From contig CM075992.1 in assembly GCA_038087875.1 (NCBI GenBank), forward strand, positions 8,620,001-8,684,000: 64,000 nucleotides of DNA. Reading direction: 5' to 3'. Position 1 is the stretch's first letter. The number at the start of each line of letters is the position of its first letter. This stretch comes from Malacoraja senta (Eukaryota). The position numbers were made by a program, and so were the translations under genes. The notes below the pieces were generated by a model. It had not been told where the DNA came from and did not search any database. It saw nothing but the letters and a program-made list of their open reading frames with translations. Positions 1 through 12,272 of the stretch are shown one piece after another.

Positions 1-129
1 GGGACAGGTTTCCATAGGGCTAGTATGGACATTGTGGGCCGAATAGATACTTGGGCTGGCAGCTCAGTCTGGTGTGCTGGCAGCACTCACTCATGGCTGG
101 TGGGCTGGCAGCTGACTCATGGCTATTCC

Positions 130-3063
130 TTGAAATACCATTTGAAGCAGGATGCCAGGCCACGAAATACAAATGCAGTCTCATACCATTTCAAGCAGGG
201 TGCAAGGCCACCAAATTCAAATGCTCTCATACCATTTCAAGCAGGCTGCAAGGCCACCAAATTCAAATGCAGTCTCATACCATTTCAAGCAGGGTGCAAG
301 GCCACCAAATGAAAATGCAGTCTCATACCATTTCAAGCAGGCTGCAAGGCCACCAAATGTGTCTCATACCATAAAAAGGAGGGTGCAAGGCCACCAAATT
401 GAAATGCAGTCTCATACCATTTCAAACAGGGAGCAAGGCCACCAAATTGAAATGCAGTCTCATACCATTTCAAGCAGGGTGCAATGCCACCAAATTGAAA
501 TGCAGTCTCATACCATTTCAAGCAGGGTGCAAGGCAACCAAATTGAAATGCAGGCTCATACCATTTCAAGCAGGGTGCAAGGCCACCAAATTGAAATGCA
601 GTCTCATACCATTTCAAGCAGGCTGCAAGGCCACCAAATTCAATTCCAGTCTCATACCATTTCAAGCAGGCTTCAAGGCCACCAAATTGAAATGCAGTCT
701 ACCATTTGATGTAGGCTGCAAGGCCAACAAATTCAAATGCAGTCTCATGGCATTTCACGCAGGCTGCAAGGCTACCAAATTCAAATGCAGTCTCATACCA
801 TTTCAAGCAGGCTGCAAGGCCACCAAATTGAAATGGAGTCTCATACCATTTCAAGCAGGTGCAAGGCCACCACATTGTAATGCAGTCTCTTACCATTTCA
901 AGCAGGATGCAAGGCCACCAAATTGAAATGCAGTCTCATACCATTTCAAGCTGGCTGGAAGGCCACCAAATTCAAATGCCGTCTCATACCATTTCAAGCA
1001 GGGTGCAAGGCCACCAAATTCAAATGCAGTCTCATACCATTTCAAGCAGGCTGCAAGGCCACGAAATTCAAATGCAGTCTCATACCATTTCAAGCAGGGT
1101 GTAAGGCCACCAAATTCAAATGCAGCCTCCTACCATTTCAAGCAGGGTGCAAGGCCACCAAATTCAAATACAGTCTCATTCCATTTCAAGCAGGCTGCAA
1201 GGCCACCAAATTCAATTCCAGTCTCATACCATTTCAAGCAGGCTTCAAGGCCACCAAATTGAAATGCAGTCTACCATTTCATGTAGGCTGCAAGGCCACC
1301 AAATTCAAATGCAGTCTCATGGCATTTCACGCAGGCTGCAAGGCTACCAAATTCAAATGCAGTCTCATACCATTTCAAGCAGGCTGGAAGGCCACCAAAT
1401 TCAAATGCCGTCTCATATCATTTCAAGCAGGGTGCAAGGCCACCAAATTCAAATGCAGTCTCATACCATTTCAAGCAGGCTGCAAGGCCACGAAATTCAA
1501 ATGCAGTCTCATACCATTTCAAGCAGGGTGTAAGGCCACCAAATTCAAATGCAGCCTCCTACCATTTCAAGCATGGTGCAAGGCCACCAAATTCAAATAC
1601 AGTCTCATTCCATTTCAAGCAGGCTGCAAGGCCACTAAATTCAATTCCAGTCTCATACCATTTCAAGCAGGCATCAAGGCCACCAAATTGAAATGCACTC
1701 ATACCATTTCATGTAGGCTGCAAGGCCAACAAATTCAAATGCAGTCTCATGCCATTTCATGCAGGCTGCAAGGCTACCAAATTCAAATGCAGTCTCATAC
1801 CATTTCTTGCAGGCTGCAAGGCCACCAAATTCAAATGCAGTCTCATACCATTTCAAGCAGGGTGCAAGGCCACCAAATTCAAATACAGTCTCATACCATT
1901 TCAAGCAGGGTGCACGGCCACCAAATTCAAATGCAGTCTCATACCATTTCAAGCAAGGTGTAAGGCCACCAAATTCAAATGAAGTCTCATAACATTTCAA
2001 GCAGGGTGTAAGGCCACCAAATTCAAATGCAGTCTCATACCATTTCAAGCAGGGTGCAAGTCCACCAAATTCAAATGCAGTCTCATTCCATTTCATGTAG
2101 GCTGCAAGGCCACCTAATTCAAATGCAGTCTCATGCCATTTCATGCAGGATGCAAGGCTACCAAATTCAAATGCAGTCTCATGCCATTTCATGCAGGCTG
2201 CAAGGCTACCAAATTCAAATGCAGTCGCATACCATTTCAAGCAGGGTGTAAGGCCACCAAATTCAAATGCAGCCTCCTACCATTTCAAGCAGGGTGTAAG
2301 GCCACCAAATTCAAATGCAGCCTCCTACCATTTCAAGCAGGGTGCAAGGCCACCAAATTCAAATACAGTGTCATACCATTTCAAGCAGGGTGCAAGGCCA
2401 CCAAATTCAAATGCAGTCTCATACCATTTCAAGCAAGCTGTAAGGCCACCAAATTCAAATGAAGTCTCATAACATTTCAAGCAGGGTGTAAGGCCACCAA
2501 ATTCAAATGCAGTCTCATACCATTTCAAGCAGGGTGCAAGTCCACCAAATTCAAATGCAGTCTCATTCCATTTCATGTAGGCTGCAAGGCCACCTAATTC
2601 AAATGCAGTCTCATGCCATTTCATGCAGGATGCAAGGCTACCAAATTCAAATGCAGTCTCATGCCATTTCATGCAGGCTGCAAGGCTACCAAATTCAAAT
2701 GCAGTCGCATACCATTTCAAGCAGGGTGTAAGGCCACCAAATTCAAATGCAGCCTCCTACCATTTCAAGCAGGGTGTAAGGCCACCAAATTCAAATGCAG
2801 CCTCCTACCATTTCAAGCAGGGTGCAAGGCCACCAAATTCAAATACAGTGTCATACCATTTCAAGCAGGGTGCAAGGCCACCAAATTCAAATGCAGTCTC
2901 ATACCATTTCAAGCAAGCTGCAAGGCCATCAAATTCAAATGTAGTCTCATACCATTTCAAGCAGGGTGCAAGGCCACCAAATTCAAATGCAGTCTCATAC
3001 CATTACAAGCAGGCTGCAAGGCCACCAAATTCAAATGCAGTCTCATACCATTTCAAGCAGGGT
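130..3063. repeat. 48-bp tandem satellite (about 60 units) with higher-order repeats
   Basis: Unit CCATTTCAAGCAGGGTGCAAGGCCACCAAATTCAAATGCAGTCTCATA. Variant blocks recur at about 430 bp (955/1385) and 480 bp (1981/2461). The 48-bp period explains the many repetitive ORFs. Confidence 0.95.
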
Positions 3064-3290
3064 GAAACCACCACAAAACCATACAAAAAACACATAAAAA
3101 CCACACACAGTTCAGTGGACATTTAGTGTGTTCACTTGATTCACTGCTCAGACAGAGAGTCGTGACCTCTCACTCCCCCAACTTGCAGAGACTGAGCCAC
3201 GCCCACACATCCGGGTTTTATAGTCCCTCCCACTGGAAGGGGCATGGCCTTCATGGCATGATTGACAGGAGAGAGAATCTTAACATTTTT
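3064..3290 (-). mobile_element. Helitron-like internal segment abutting the 48-bp satellite
   Basis: Its reverse complement shares ordered motifs (GGGAGGGACTATAAAA, CTCAGTCTCTG, GGTCACG.CTCTCTG) with the Helitron at about 31355-31440. Confidence 0.55.
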
Positions 3291-4230
3291 ATTATTTAAA
3301 TCTTTTTATTTTAATTTCACCAGCAATTTGCATACATACTATGATAACAGACAGTGACAGTCAAAGCATACTTGTGCAACAGTATGTAAGCGACCCAGAA
3401 AGCCCTTACCCTTACCCACCTTCAAACCACCCGAATCAGGTCGGAACCAAACGGGGACAAACAACACTCACATACGTACACATCCATACAAATATGGTAA
3501 GATAAACGAAACAAAAAGTACTAAATTTAAAAAAAAATATTGGGATCACTATTAACAGTAAATAAGTAAGTAATTAAATAAATAAGTGTGGGGAGGGGGG
3601 ATTAAGGGGAAAGCAGCTGCTGTAGAACAAAACAATGGTGGAGAACACTCAGTCCTCTTCCGAGTCCGGGGACAAGTTGAGAGAGTTAACAAGTTCCAAG
3701 AAAGGGTTCCATGTATCTAGGAATGTCTTGGTAGAGCCTTTGAGAGAGAACCTTTAAATTGTAAAGCACCTCCTTAATCCAACGGGCATGTGTCGGGGAC
3801 AGGTGAGCCTCCAGTTAAGCAAGATCAGTCTCCGGGCTAACAAGGTTGTAAAAGCTAGGACACGTTTCACCGCAACAGAGAGGTTGGTGTTGGGAGGGGT
3901 ACCGAAAATGGCTGACATTGGGTTTGGAGGAATAGTCTGGCCGTAGGCTCTGCTTATCAAGTCAAAAGCACTCCTCCAAAAGGCTGCTAGCTTAGGGCAA
4001 GACCAAAACATATGGCTATGGTTGGCAGGGGATTGATTACATCTGTTGCAGGTGTCCCTAACAGCGGGGTAAATTCTAGATAATCTTGCATTTGTGTAGT
4101 GGACTTTGTGAAGGACTTTGCATTGGATTAAGGCCATGACGGGGACATATGGAGGAAGAATGGATCAAATCCAAGGCAGAGTCCATTGCTGGTCTGTTAG
4201 TTTCGTATTCAGCTCGCCCTCCCACGCCGC
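3291..4230 (-). mobile_element. L1 LINE 3' fragment (ORF2 C-terminus with zinc knuckle, plus 3' UTR)
   Basis: ORF 3754-4137 LIQCKVLHKVHYT...CNRC...HMFWSCPKL...FW is typical of the L1 ORF2 C-terminus. A-rich tail at about 3291-3315. Confidence 0.85.
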
Positions 4231-5199
4231 TTTTAATAAGGTATGAAGTTTCAATATGACCGACCCTAGCAAGTTATACAAAATAGAGTTACTCCAGCTT
4301 TTTGTGTCTACCTTCGGTTTAAACCAGCATCTGCAGTTCCTTTCTACACATGGCTGATCTATCTCTCCTTCCTAACCCCTTTCTCCTGCCTTCTCCTCAT
4401 AACCTCTGACACCCATACTGATCAAGAATCTATCTATCTCTGCCTTGAAGATATCCATTGACTTGGCCTCCACCGCCATCTGTGGCAATGAATTCCACAG
4501 ATTCACCACCCTCCACTTTCCTTATTCCCTACACTCCCGTCAGACAGTAGATACAAAAGCTTTTGGTCAGGCAAATGGATGCTGAGGGAATGGAGGGATA
4601 TGGAGCATGCGTAGGTGGATAGGAGGTGGTCTTGGCATCATGTTTGGCATAGACATTGTGGGCCGAAGGGCCTGTTCTTGTGCTGTACTGTGTTCTATGA
4701 AAGCACCTACCACCAGACTCATGAACAGCTTCTTCCCCCTCTGCTATCAGACTAATTAACAGTCTTTCCATAAGCTAGGATACTGTGTGATCTTCCAATC
4801 TCACTCTGGAACTGCTACACTACAATGCTGAGAAAACTATATTCTGCACTCTGGTAGTTTTCTCTTCACTCGTACTGTTATACTTGAGTTTGGCTTGATT
4901 GTATTTATGCACGGTGGCGCAGTGGTAGAGATGCTGCCTTGTAGCGCCAGAGTCCCGGGCTCAAAGCTGACTACGGGTGCTGTCTGTACAGACACCACAC
5001 CTCTGCCTCAGAGGGCGGTGGAGGCTGGTTGTCTGGATACTTTCAAGAGAGAGCTAGATAAGGCTCTTAAAGATAGCGGAGTCATGGGGATATGGGGAGA
5101 AGGCAGGAATGGGGTACCGATTGGGGATGATTAGTCATGATCACAGTGTACCTCGAAGGGCCTAATGGCCAATTCCTGCACCAATTGTCTTTTGACACA

Positions 5200-5573
5200 G
5201 ATACACACACACACACACGCGCACACACACACGCACAAGTACGCACTCACACACACACACTCAGACTCATACACACACACACACACTCAGATTCATACAT
5301 ACTCTCATACACACACACTCAGACTCATACACACTCACACACACTCATACACACACACATGCACACACACATGCACACATACGCACTCACTCAGACTCAG
5401 ATTCATACATACTCTCACACACACACTCATACACATGCACGCACTCGCACACACACACACTCACTCACTCACTCAGACTCATACACATACTCTCACACAC
5501 ACAATCTCATACACACACACATGCACACACTCATACACTTGCATACACACACACACTCATTCACACACACACT
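5200..5573. repeat. (CA)-rich compound microsatellite
   Basis: Seen directly; source of the His/Thr-rich spurious ORFs. Confidence 0.95.
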
Positions 5574-5874
5574 GAGGTACATGGATAGGACAGGTTTGGA
5601 GGGATATGGGCCACACGTGGGCAGGTGGAACTAGTGTAAATGGGACATGTTGGTCAGTGTTGGCAAGTTGGGCTGAAGGGCCTGTTTCCACACTATATCA
5701 CTCTATGACTGTAAACGGACTGAGGAGCAGACAGTCAGCAGCTTGGGCAACCGTGGCCGGTGACATGTCCAGGCAGTGGTCACCCATGGACTGACCAGTC
5801 ACTCGCCATGGGAGGGTCACACACACATGGAGGCACCACGTTCAACTCTCCCACTGCCGTATGGCTTTCCCCTT

Positions 5875-6158
5875 ATTTTAAGAATAAGGGGTAAGCTTTT
5901 TAGAACGGAGGCAAGGAAACACTTTTTCACACAGAGAGTTGTGAGTCTGTGGAATTCTCTGCCTCAGAAGGCGGTGGAGGCCGGTTCCCTGAATACTTTC
6001 AAGAGAGCTGGATTGGGCTCTTGAAGATAGTGGAGTCAGGGGATATGGGGAGAAGGCAGGAACAGGGTACAGATTGGGGATGATCAGCCATGATCACATT
6101 GAATGGCGGTGCTGGCTTGAAGGGCTGAATGGCCTACTCCTGCACTTATTGTCTATTG
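5875..6158 (+). mobile_element. CR1 LINE 3' end
   Basis: Encodes FFTQRVVSLWNSLPQKAVEA, followed by the conserved 3' UTR and TATTGTC tail. Confidence 0.85.
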
Positions 6159-6179
6159 TATCACTCCTTCAAACCTTAC

Positions 6180-6247
6180 CAGGACCACAAAGCACACCGG
6201 AACCTAACAAACTCCAGATAAATCCTTTCTCCAGATTCAGCCAACAC
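6180..6247 (-). pseudogene. Gene 1 exon, ECL2/TM5 start (CWLNLEKGFIWSLLG-PVCFVVL), with +1 frameshift
   Basis: ttgcag acceptor and gtaagg donor; ADGR CWL...GFIWS.LGPV motif. Length is 68 nt where phase 2->0 needs 3n+1 (67); the extra T is in GGTTCCGG. Confidence 0.85.
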
Positions 6248-6909
6248 CTGCAATTAAAGAAACATTCATTCATCTATCAATGAGATTTTCAAAAGTAATA
6301 AGTATTTTTTTTTATCTTCTGGGGCTTCTGTTAAAGTCTTGCATCACAACTTCTCACAGCCAGGGGGATATGGCAATGAAGATAGACACAGAATAACTCA
6401 ACGGGTCAGGCAGCATCTCTGGAGAACATGGAGCGGTGACGTTTCAGGTCGGGATCCTTCTTCAGATGCAGTCTCTGAAGTGGCATTTGAGGCTGAACAA
6501 GGGTCTCGACCCGAAACATCGCCTGTTCCTTCTCTCCAGAGATGCTGCCTGCCCCACTGAGTTACTCCAACTTTTTGTGTCTATCTTCGGTTTAAACCAG
6601 CATCTGCATTTCCTTCCTACATATGATGATATTAGCACCAATCAGGGTGAGTGGACTGATGTACTTCCCACAGGCTACGTCAGCTTGAATGGAGCGTCTG
6701 GGTGGGCATGGAGGAGTTGGGCCTAGTCTGTGGCTCTGGGAAAGCAGAGATTGTAAAGGCAGCACACAGTACAAACAGGTATATGGAGGAAGGAACTGCA
6801 GATGCCTGCTTTAAACTGAAGATAGACACAGAGCTGGAGTAACTCAGCGGGACAAGCAGCATCTCTGGATAGAAGGGAATAGGTGACGTTTCGGGTCGAG
6901 ACCCTTCAG

Positions 6910-7290
6910 TCTGTGTGTGACGATGTGTGTCGGTGTGTGTAACCATGTGTGACAGTGTGTGTCACCGTGTGTGGCGGTGTGTGTCACCGTGTGTGTCACT
7001 GTGTGGATGGTGTGTGTCACTGTGTGTCACCGTGTGTGACGGTGTGTGTCACGGTGTGTGTCATCGTGTGTGGCGGTGTGTGACGGTGTGTGCCACTGTG
7101 TGACGGTGTGTGTCACCGTGTGTGTCACTGTGTGTGACGGTGTGTGTCACTGTGTGGCGGTGTGTGTCACCGTGTGTGTCACTGCGTGTCAGTGTGTGAC
7201 GATGTGTGTCACCGTGTGTGACGGTGTGTGTCACCATGTGTGTGACGGTGTGTGTCACTGTGTGTGTCACAGTGTGTGACGGTTTGTGTC
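6910..7290. repeat. GT-rich compound microsatellite (GTGTGTCAC/GTGTGACG)
   Basis: Seen directly. Confidence 0.9.
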
Positions 7291-7298
7291 ATACTGAC

Positions 7299-7534
7299 CC
7301 GTGTTTTCTCCAGTAGCCGTGGGGGTTGACAGAGGCTGCCACGGCCACCACCAGCGCTGGGCACAGGTAGGCGGCAGGGTACATGTATCGCCGCTTCATC
7401 ACGCGTGTGCGGGTGAAGTTCACCACCTTCAGGTTGAGCACCATCAGCCACAGGTGTACGGCCTCCAGCAGCATCCAGCTGAACGCCACCAGCAGCAGGT
7501 AGTGCAGACTACCCAGCACCAACGCACACACTAT
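7299..7534 (-). CDS. Gene 1 exon TM3-TM4 of ADGRE-like adhesion GPCR
   Basis: IVCALVLGSLHYLLLVAFSWMLLEAVHLWLMV.NLKVVNF...YLCPALVVAVAASVNPHGY; ctgcag acceptor, gtcagt donor, phase 0->2, 236 nt. Confidence 0.95.
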
Positions 7535-7823
7535 CTGCAGAGACAGCAGTGGTTACTGCATGCCCACTGGAGACCACCCAATACCCACCCTTCACCCAAC
7601 CCTCACCTACTCCACCCATCCCACACCCCCACCCAATCAAGGCCACCCACCCAAACAGCCAACCCATCCCCACCCACTTTCACCCCCCCCAACCAACACA
7701 CTCCATGCCCCCTGCCCATCCCTGCCCAACAACTACCCACCCCTCACCCATCCACCCCACACCCATCGCTCACCCGCCTCACCCCACACCCACACCCACC
7801 CCACAACCTCACCCACACGTTAC

Positions 7824-8026
7824 CGATGGCCATTTGATGAACATGGTGATGAGGAGGAGCAGCTCGGCCAGGAAGAGGTTGAGGCAGAGGTGCGCTCGGA
7901 TCAGCGTGTAGGGGCCACGGATGGCCTTGCACCAGAAGAAGGTTGCTACGGACAGCAAGAGGAGGAGGAGAGACACGGGCAGCACCAGCAGATGATCACC
8001 AGAGGGCGGTTACTGTGCACCAGGTC
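7824..8026 (-). pseudogene. Gene 1 exon TM1-TM2, frameshifted
   Basis: DLVHSNRPLVII / LVLPVSLLLLLLSVATFFWCKAIRGPYTLIRAHLCLNLFLAELLLLI. It is 203 nt between two phase-0 junctions; the unshifted frame stops at TAG 7946-7948. Confidence 0.85.
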
Positions 8027-8114
8027 CTGAGGGCAACACAGATCAACGTCAGGCAACCGCAGTGTAAATGGTCCAACTTGCACAAATCACACTAAATTAC
8101 TCAGTACTGTGAGT

Positions 8115-8210
8115 CTGAAGAAGGGTCTCGACCCGAAACGTCGCCTATTTCCTTCGCTCCATAGATGCAGCCTCACCCGCTGAGTTCCTCCAGCATTTTT
8201 GTCTACCTTC
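8115..8210 (+). mobile_element. Penelope-like terminal repeat with minimal hammerhead motif (one of many copies in the window)
   Basis: CTGAAGA-A-GGGTC-TC-GACCC-GAAAC-GTC. The same motif follows a Penelope-like endonuclease C-terminus at 33575-33990. Confidence 0.7.
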
Positions 8211-9534
8211 CAGTACTTTGCGAGGTTATTTTCTAAACCAGTATGAGTTCAGACAAAATATGTAGGAAGGAACTGCAGATGCTGGTTTGCACTGAAGATA
8301 GACACAAAAAGCTGGAGTAACTCAGCGGGACAGGCAGCATCTCAGGAGAGAAGGAATGGGTGATGTTTCGGGTCGAGACGTCTGAAGAAGGGCCTCAACC
8401 CAAAACGTCACCCATTCCTCACCAGAGATGTTGCTTGTCCCGCTGAGTTACTCCGGCATTTTGTGTCTATCTGCAGTTCATCATGTTCTCCTACCTACAT
8501 TGCCACTGTATATTTCCAAAACTGTCAATTCAGAATAAAAGGATGTACCTTTAGAAAGGAGAGGAAGAATTACTTTAGTCAGAGGGTGGTGAATCTGTGG
8601 AATTCTTTACCACAGAAGGCTGTGGAGGCCAAGTCAGTGGATATTTTTACAGCAGAGATAGATAGATTCTTGATTAGTATAGGGTGTCAGGGGTTATGGG
8701 GAGAAGGCAGGAGAATGGGGTTAGGAGGGAGAGATAGATCAGCCAGGATTGAATGGCGGAGTAGACTTGATGGGCCGAATGGCCTAATTCTGCTCCTATC
8801 ACATAAATTCTGTTGTTGGTGAAGGGCGGCATGGTGGCGCAGCGATAGTTACTGCCTCAGAGTGACAGATTTCCGGGTTCGATCCTGACATCGGGTGCTG
8901 TCTGTATGGAGTTTGTACGTTCTCCCTGTGATCGCGTGGGTTTTCCCCGGGTGCTCCAGTTTCCTCCCACGCTCCAAAGACGTGCGGGTTTGTAGGTCAG
9001 TAGAAACAAAGAACTGCAGACAAAATGTGTCGGAAGGAACTGCAGATGCTGGTTTATACTGAAGATATGCACAGAATGCTGGAGTAACTCAGTGGGTCCG
9101 GCGGCATCTCTGGAGAAAAGGAATTGGTGATGTTTCAGGTCGAAATCCTTCCTCAGATGCTGGTTTATATTGGCACAAAGTGGTGGAGTAACTCAACGGG
9201 TCAGGCAGCATCTTCAGAGAAAAAGGATGGGTGACATTTTGGGTCGGGACATCTGAAGAAGGGTCTTCAGAGATGCTGCCTGACCCGCTACTACAGCATT
9301 TTGTGTCTCAGTTTGCAGGTTAAATGGCTTCATCAAAGTGCCCCTAGAGTGTAGGATTTGAAAGTGGGATAACATGGAACTAGTGTACATGTGATCAATG
9401 GTCAGCGTGGACCCGGTGGGCTATGGTCAACTGACTGGATAGCTCGCAACATAAAAGCTTTTCACTGTACCTTGGGTCATGTGACTAAAAGCAACAAAAT
9501 GAAACGAAACAAAATTAAATGAAACTGAACTAAA

Positions 9535-9922
9535 TTGTATACTCTGGAGTTTAGAAGGATGAGTGGATTCTTATTGAAACATATAAAGTTATTAAGGGTT
9601 TGGACACGCTAGAGGCAGGAAACAAGTTCCCGATGTTGGGGGAGTCCAGAACCAGGGGCTACAGTTTAAGAATAAGGGGTAAGATGAGGAAACCTTTTCA
9701 CACAGAGACTTGTGAGTCTGTGGAATTCTCTGGCTCAGAGGGCGGTGGAGGCAGGTTCTCTGGATGCTTTCAAGAGAGAACTAGATAGGGCTCTTAAAGA
9801 TAGCAGAATCAGGGTTTATGGGGAGAAGGCAGGAACGGGGTACTGATTGTGGATGATCAGCCATGATCACATTGAATGGCGGTACTGGCTCGAAGGGCCG
9901 AATGGCTTATTGTCTATTGTCT
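9535..9922 (+). mobile_element. CR1 LINE 3' fragment
   Basis: Encodes LYSLEFRR-like sequence, then FPMLGESRTRG; conserved 3' UTR. Confidence 0.85.
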
Positions 9923-10249
9923 AAATTAAATGAAACTAAGCGGAACAAAACTAATCTAAATGAAACTAATTTAAACTAAACTCCACAGAGCGAGCTTACC
10001 GAGGTCACGATCAAACCTGGCCAACGCTCACCTGTACAATAGTTCTATGTTATCCCATTCTCACATCTCACACACTGGGGGCAATTTACAATTAACCTCC
10101 AAACCCGCACGTCTTTGGGATGTGGGAGAAAACGGGAGCACCCGGAGGAAACCCACGCGGTCACGGGGTGAACGTGCAAACGTTTGTGAAGACTTTCCAC
10201 TGACTGGATAGCAGGCAACAAAAACACTATTCGATGCATGTGACAATAA

Positions 10250-10443
10250 ACAAAACAAAATTAAACTCAACTCAACTAAACTGGAATTAATTAAACGAAA
10301 CAAAACTAAAATAAAATGATTTAAACTAAACTAAAATAAATTAAAATAAACCAAACTAATGTAAAATAAATTAAACTAAACTGAAAGAAATGAAACAAAT
10401 CTAAACTAAAAGAAACTAAACTGAACTAAATTAAACTAAACTG
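10250..10443. repeat. (AAACT/AAATT)n array, expanded SINE tail
   Basis: Pentamer repeat matching the CTAAA tails of local SINEs. Confidence 0.8.
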
Positions 10444-10629
10444 TCTACACAGGGACAGCACCGGAGGTCAGGATTGAACCTGGGTCTCTGGCGCTGTGAG
10501 GCAGCAACTCTACCAGCTACTCCACTGTGTGGCGCCCGTGTTCCTGCTGGCTGTGTTCCTGCGGTGCCGGACCGTGGCCCAAGCGGCTGCCCGATGCCCA
10601 GCCCCATGCCCGCTCTCCACCCTTCTCAC

Positions 10630-10785
10630 CTTCATTTCATACTGAGCCAGCAGCAGGGCAAAGCTGGACAGGGTGTTGTAGGTACAGGTGGCGTGAGTCT
10701 TGTTGCCGCTGCTCTCCTGCTGTGTTACCCAGCCGTTGCCCATCCAGGTGCCACAGAGTCTCTTCCTATTGCCATCATCGCCCGG
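10630..10785 (-). CDS. Gene 1 GPS exon (atypical)
   Basis: PGDDGNRKRLCGTWMGNGWVTQQESSGNKTHATCTYNTLSSFALLLAQYEMK; ttccag acceptor, gtgaga donor, 156 nt, phase 0->0. Confidence 0.92.
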
Positions 10786-11149
10786 CTGGAAGCAAGCACA
10801 CCTGAGTATTACACCTCCCTTATACACATACACACACACACATTCACACACGTACACTCATATACACACTCTCACATGTACACTCGCACACACTCACACA
10901 TGCACACTCACAAACATTCTCACACATGCACACACACATACTCACGCACACTCATACGCACACACACAAACTCACACGCACTCACAAACACACAAACACA
11001 CACACGCTCACACACACACACTCCGACTCTATGACCGTGCGGTGAGGTCCTGGACTCTCCCACCAGTGGAAACATAGAAGATGTTGGAATCGATTTTTTT
11101 GCACAAGTTTCTAAAGCTGGCACCCAACCCAGGCGACGATATTTTAATC

Positions 11150-11540
11150 AAAAATAATTTATCCAATTAAAATTTATTTTACATAACGCACCCAGCACCA
11201 TAATACAAAATCACCAAATTATCTAATTACTGAATTTTCAAGTAACTATCTCACCATCCTTATTAAAGATGCATTCTACCCCCCGCGGTGCCCAGCGGTC
11301 CCGGAACTCCCCCAGGGTGCCCGTGGACAGCGCATAGTCCAGGTATCCGGCTCGGGCAGAGCCCTCTTCCACCTGGTGCCGTGACTCGCGGATGGCCAGC
11401 TTGGCCAGGCCCAGGAGCAACCCAACCAGGACATCTTCAGCCCCCCTACCCTCTCCCCTACACACAGGGTGTCTAAAGATGTGGACGGTGGGTGTGAAGC
11501 ACATTTGAGTGCTGGCCCATAGAAGTAGTTCCACAATCAC
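11150..11540 (-). mobile_element. Tx1/L1-clade LINE 3' fragment
   Basis: LLLGLAKLAIRESR...GTLGEFRDRWAPRGVEC, followed by a short UTR and A-rich end. Confidence 0.7.
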
Positions 11541-11624
11541 ATATTACAATCGCTCCACAATCTTAAATCTCTACACATAAAGCAACATCTCCTTTCTAAA
11601 GGTTCATCCTTTTGTTCTGAAGCT

Positions 11625-11937
11625 TTAGTTTAGTTTTTTTAGTTTAGAGATACAGCGCGGAAACAGGCCCTTCGGCCCACCGGGTCCGCATCAACCAGCG
11701 ATCCCCGCTCATTAACACTATCCTACACACACTAGGGACAATTTTACATTTACCAAGCCTACAAACCTGAAGGTCTTTGGAGTGTGGGAGGAAACCGAAG
11801 ATCTCAGAGAAAACCCACGCAGGTCACGGGGAGAACGTACAAACTCCGTACATACAGCACCCGCAGTCGGGATCGAACCCGGGTGTCCGGCGCTGATTCA
11901 CTGTAAGGCAGCAACTCTACCGCTGCGCCACCGTGAC
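11625..11937 (-). mobile_element. tRNA-derived SINE (HE1/V-SINE-like)
   Basis: A box GGTGGCGCAGCGGTAG, B box GGTTCGATCCC, (CTAAA)n tail. About 20 or more copies in the window, e.g. 14875, 15535, 16915, 22635, 22985, 24955, 29003, 37565, 56023, 61453. Confidence 0.85.
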
Positions 11938-12081
11938 CGCCCAGAAGCTGTGGCCTCTGGTCCTAGACTCCCCCACTGGTGGAAGCATAGATGAAGGTGG
12001 TGGAATGGGTTTATTGGGCAGGGATCTCAGGGTCCGCCACGACTGCCGTCTGCCTTGCCCCACCGCTGAGTGCGGGCTCAC

Positions 12082-12272
12082 CTCCTCCTTCACACTGAAG
12101 GTGATGTTGATGGTTGATGTCAGACCCTGCCCCTGGCCGACCACTTTGGTCACCGTCACCACCTTCGAATTAAACTTCACACTGGAGACGTTTCTGCTTC
12201 CCTCCTGCGCCAACATTGGTTCCACGATGGTCTCCAAGTATCTGTAAGCCAGGAAGATGAGGAGAGCGTTCT
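12082..12272 (-). CDS. Gene 1 GAIN subdomain-B exon
   Basis: ENALLIFLAYRYLETIV...KFNSKVVTVT...INITFSVKEE resembles the ADGRE AFISY..L...LNS.VV...V.LTF pattern. Phase 1->0; alternative acceptor at 12281. Confidence 0.88.

Noticed and set aside
25..3126. Long repetitive ORFs (CKATKFKCSLIPFQAG etc.) and a CRISPR-like look
   Set aside because: By-products of a 48-bp tandem unit open in several frames; no unique spacers, and 2-bp deletions break the frame.
5137..5634. His/Thr-rich, Val/Cys-rich and Ser/Leu-rich ORFs (also at 7046, 10700, 36159, 38235, 63149)
   Set aside because: Translations of microsatellites.
6680..6735. Possible terminal exon EPQTRPNSSMPTQTLHSS*
   Set aside because: It lies before the TM5 exon at 6180-6247 and its phase (1) does not fit the phase-2 donor at 7298.
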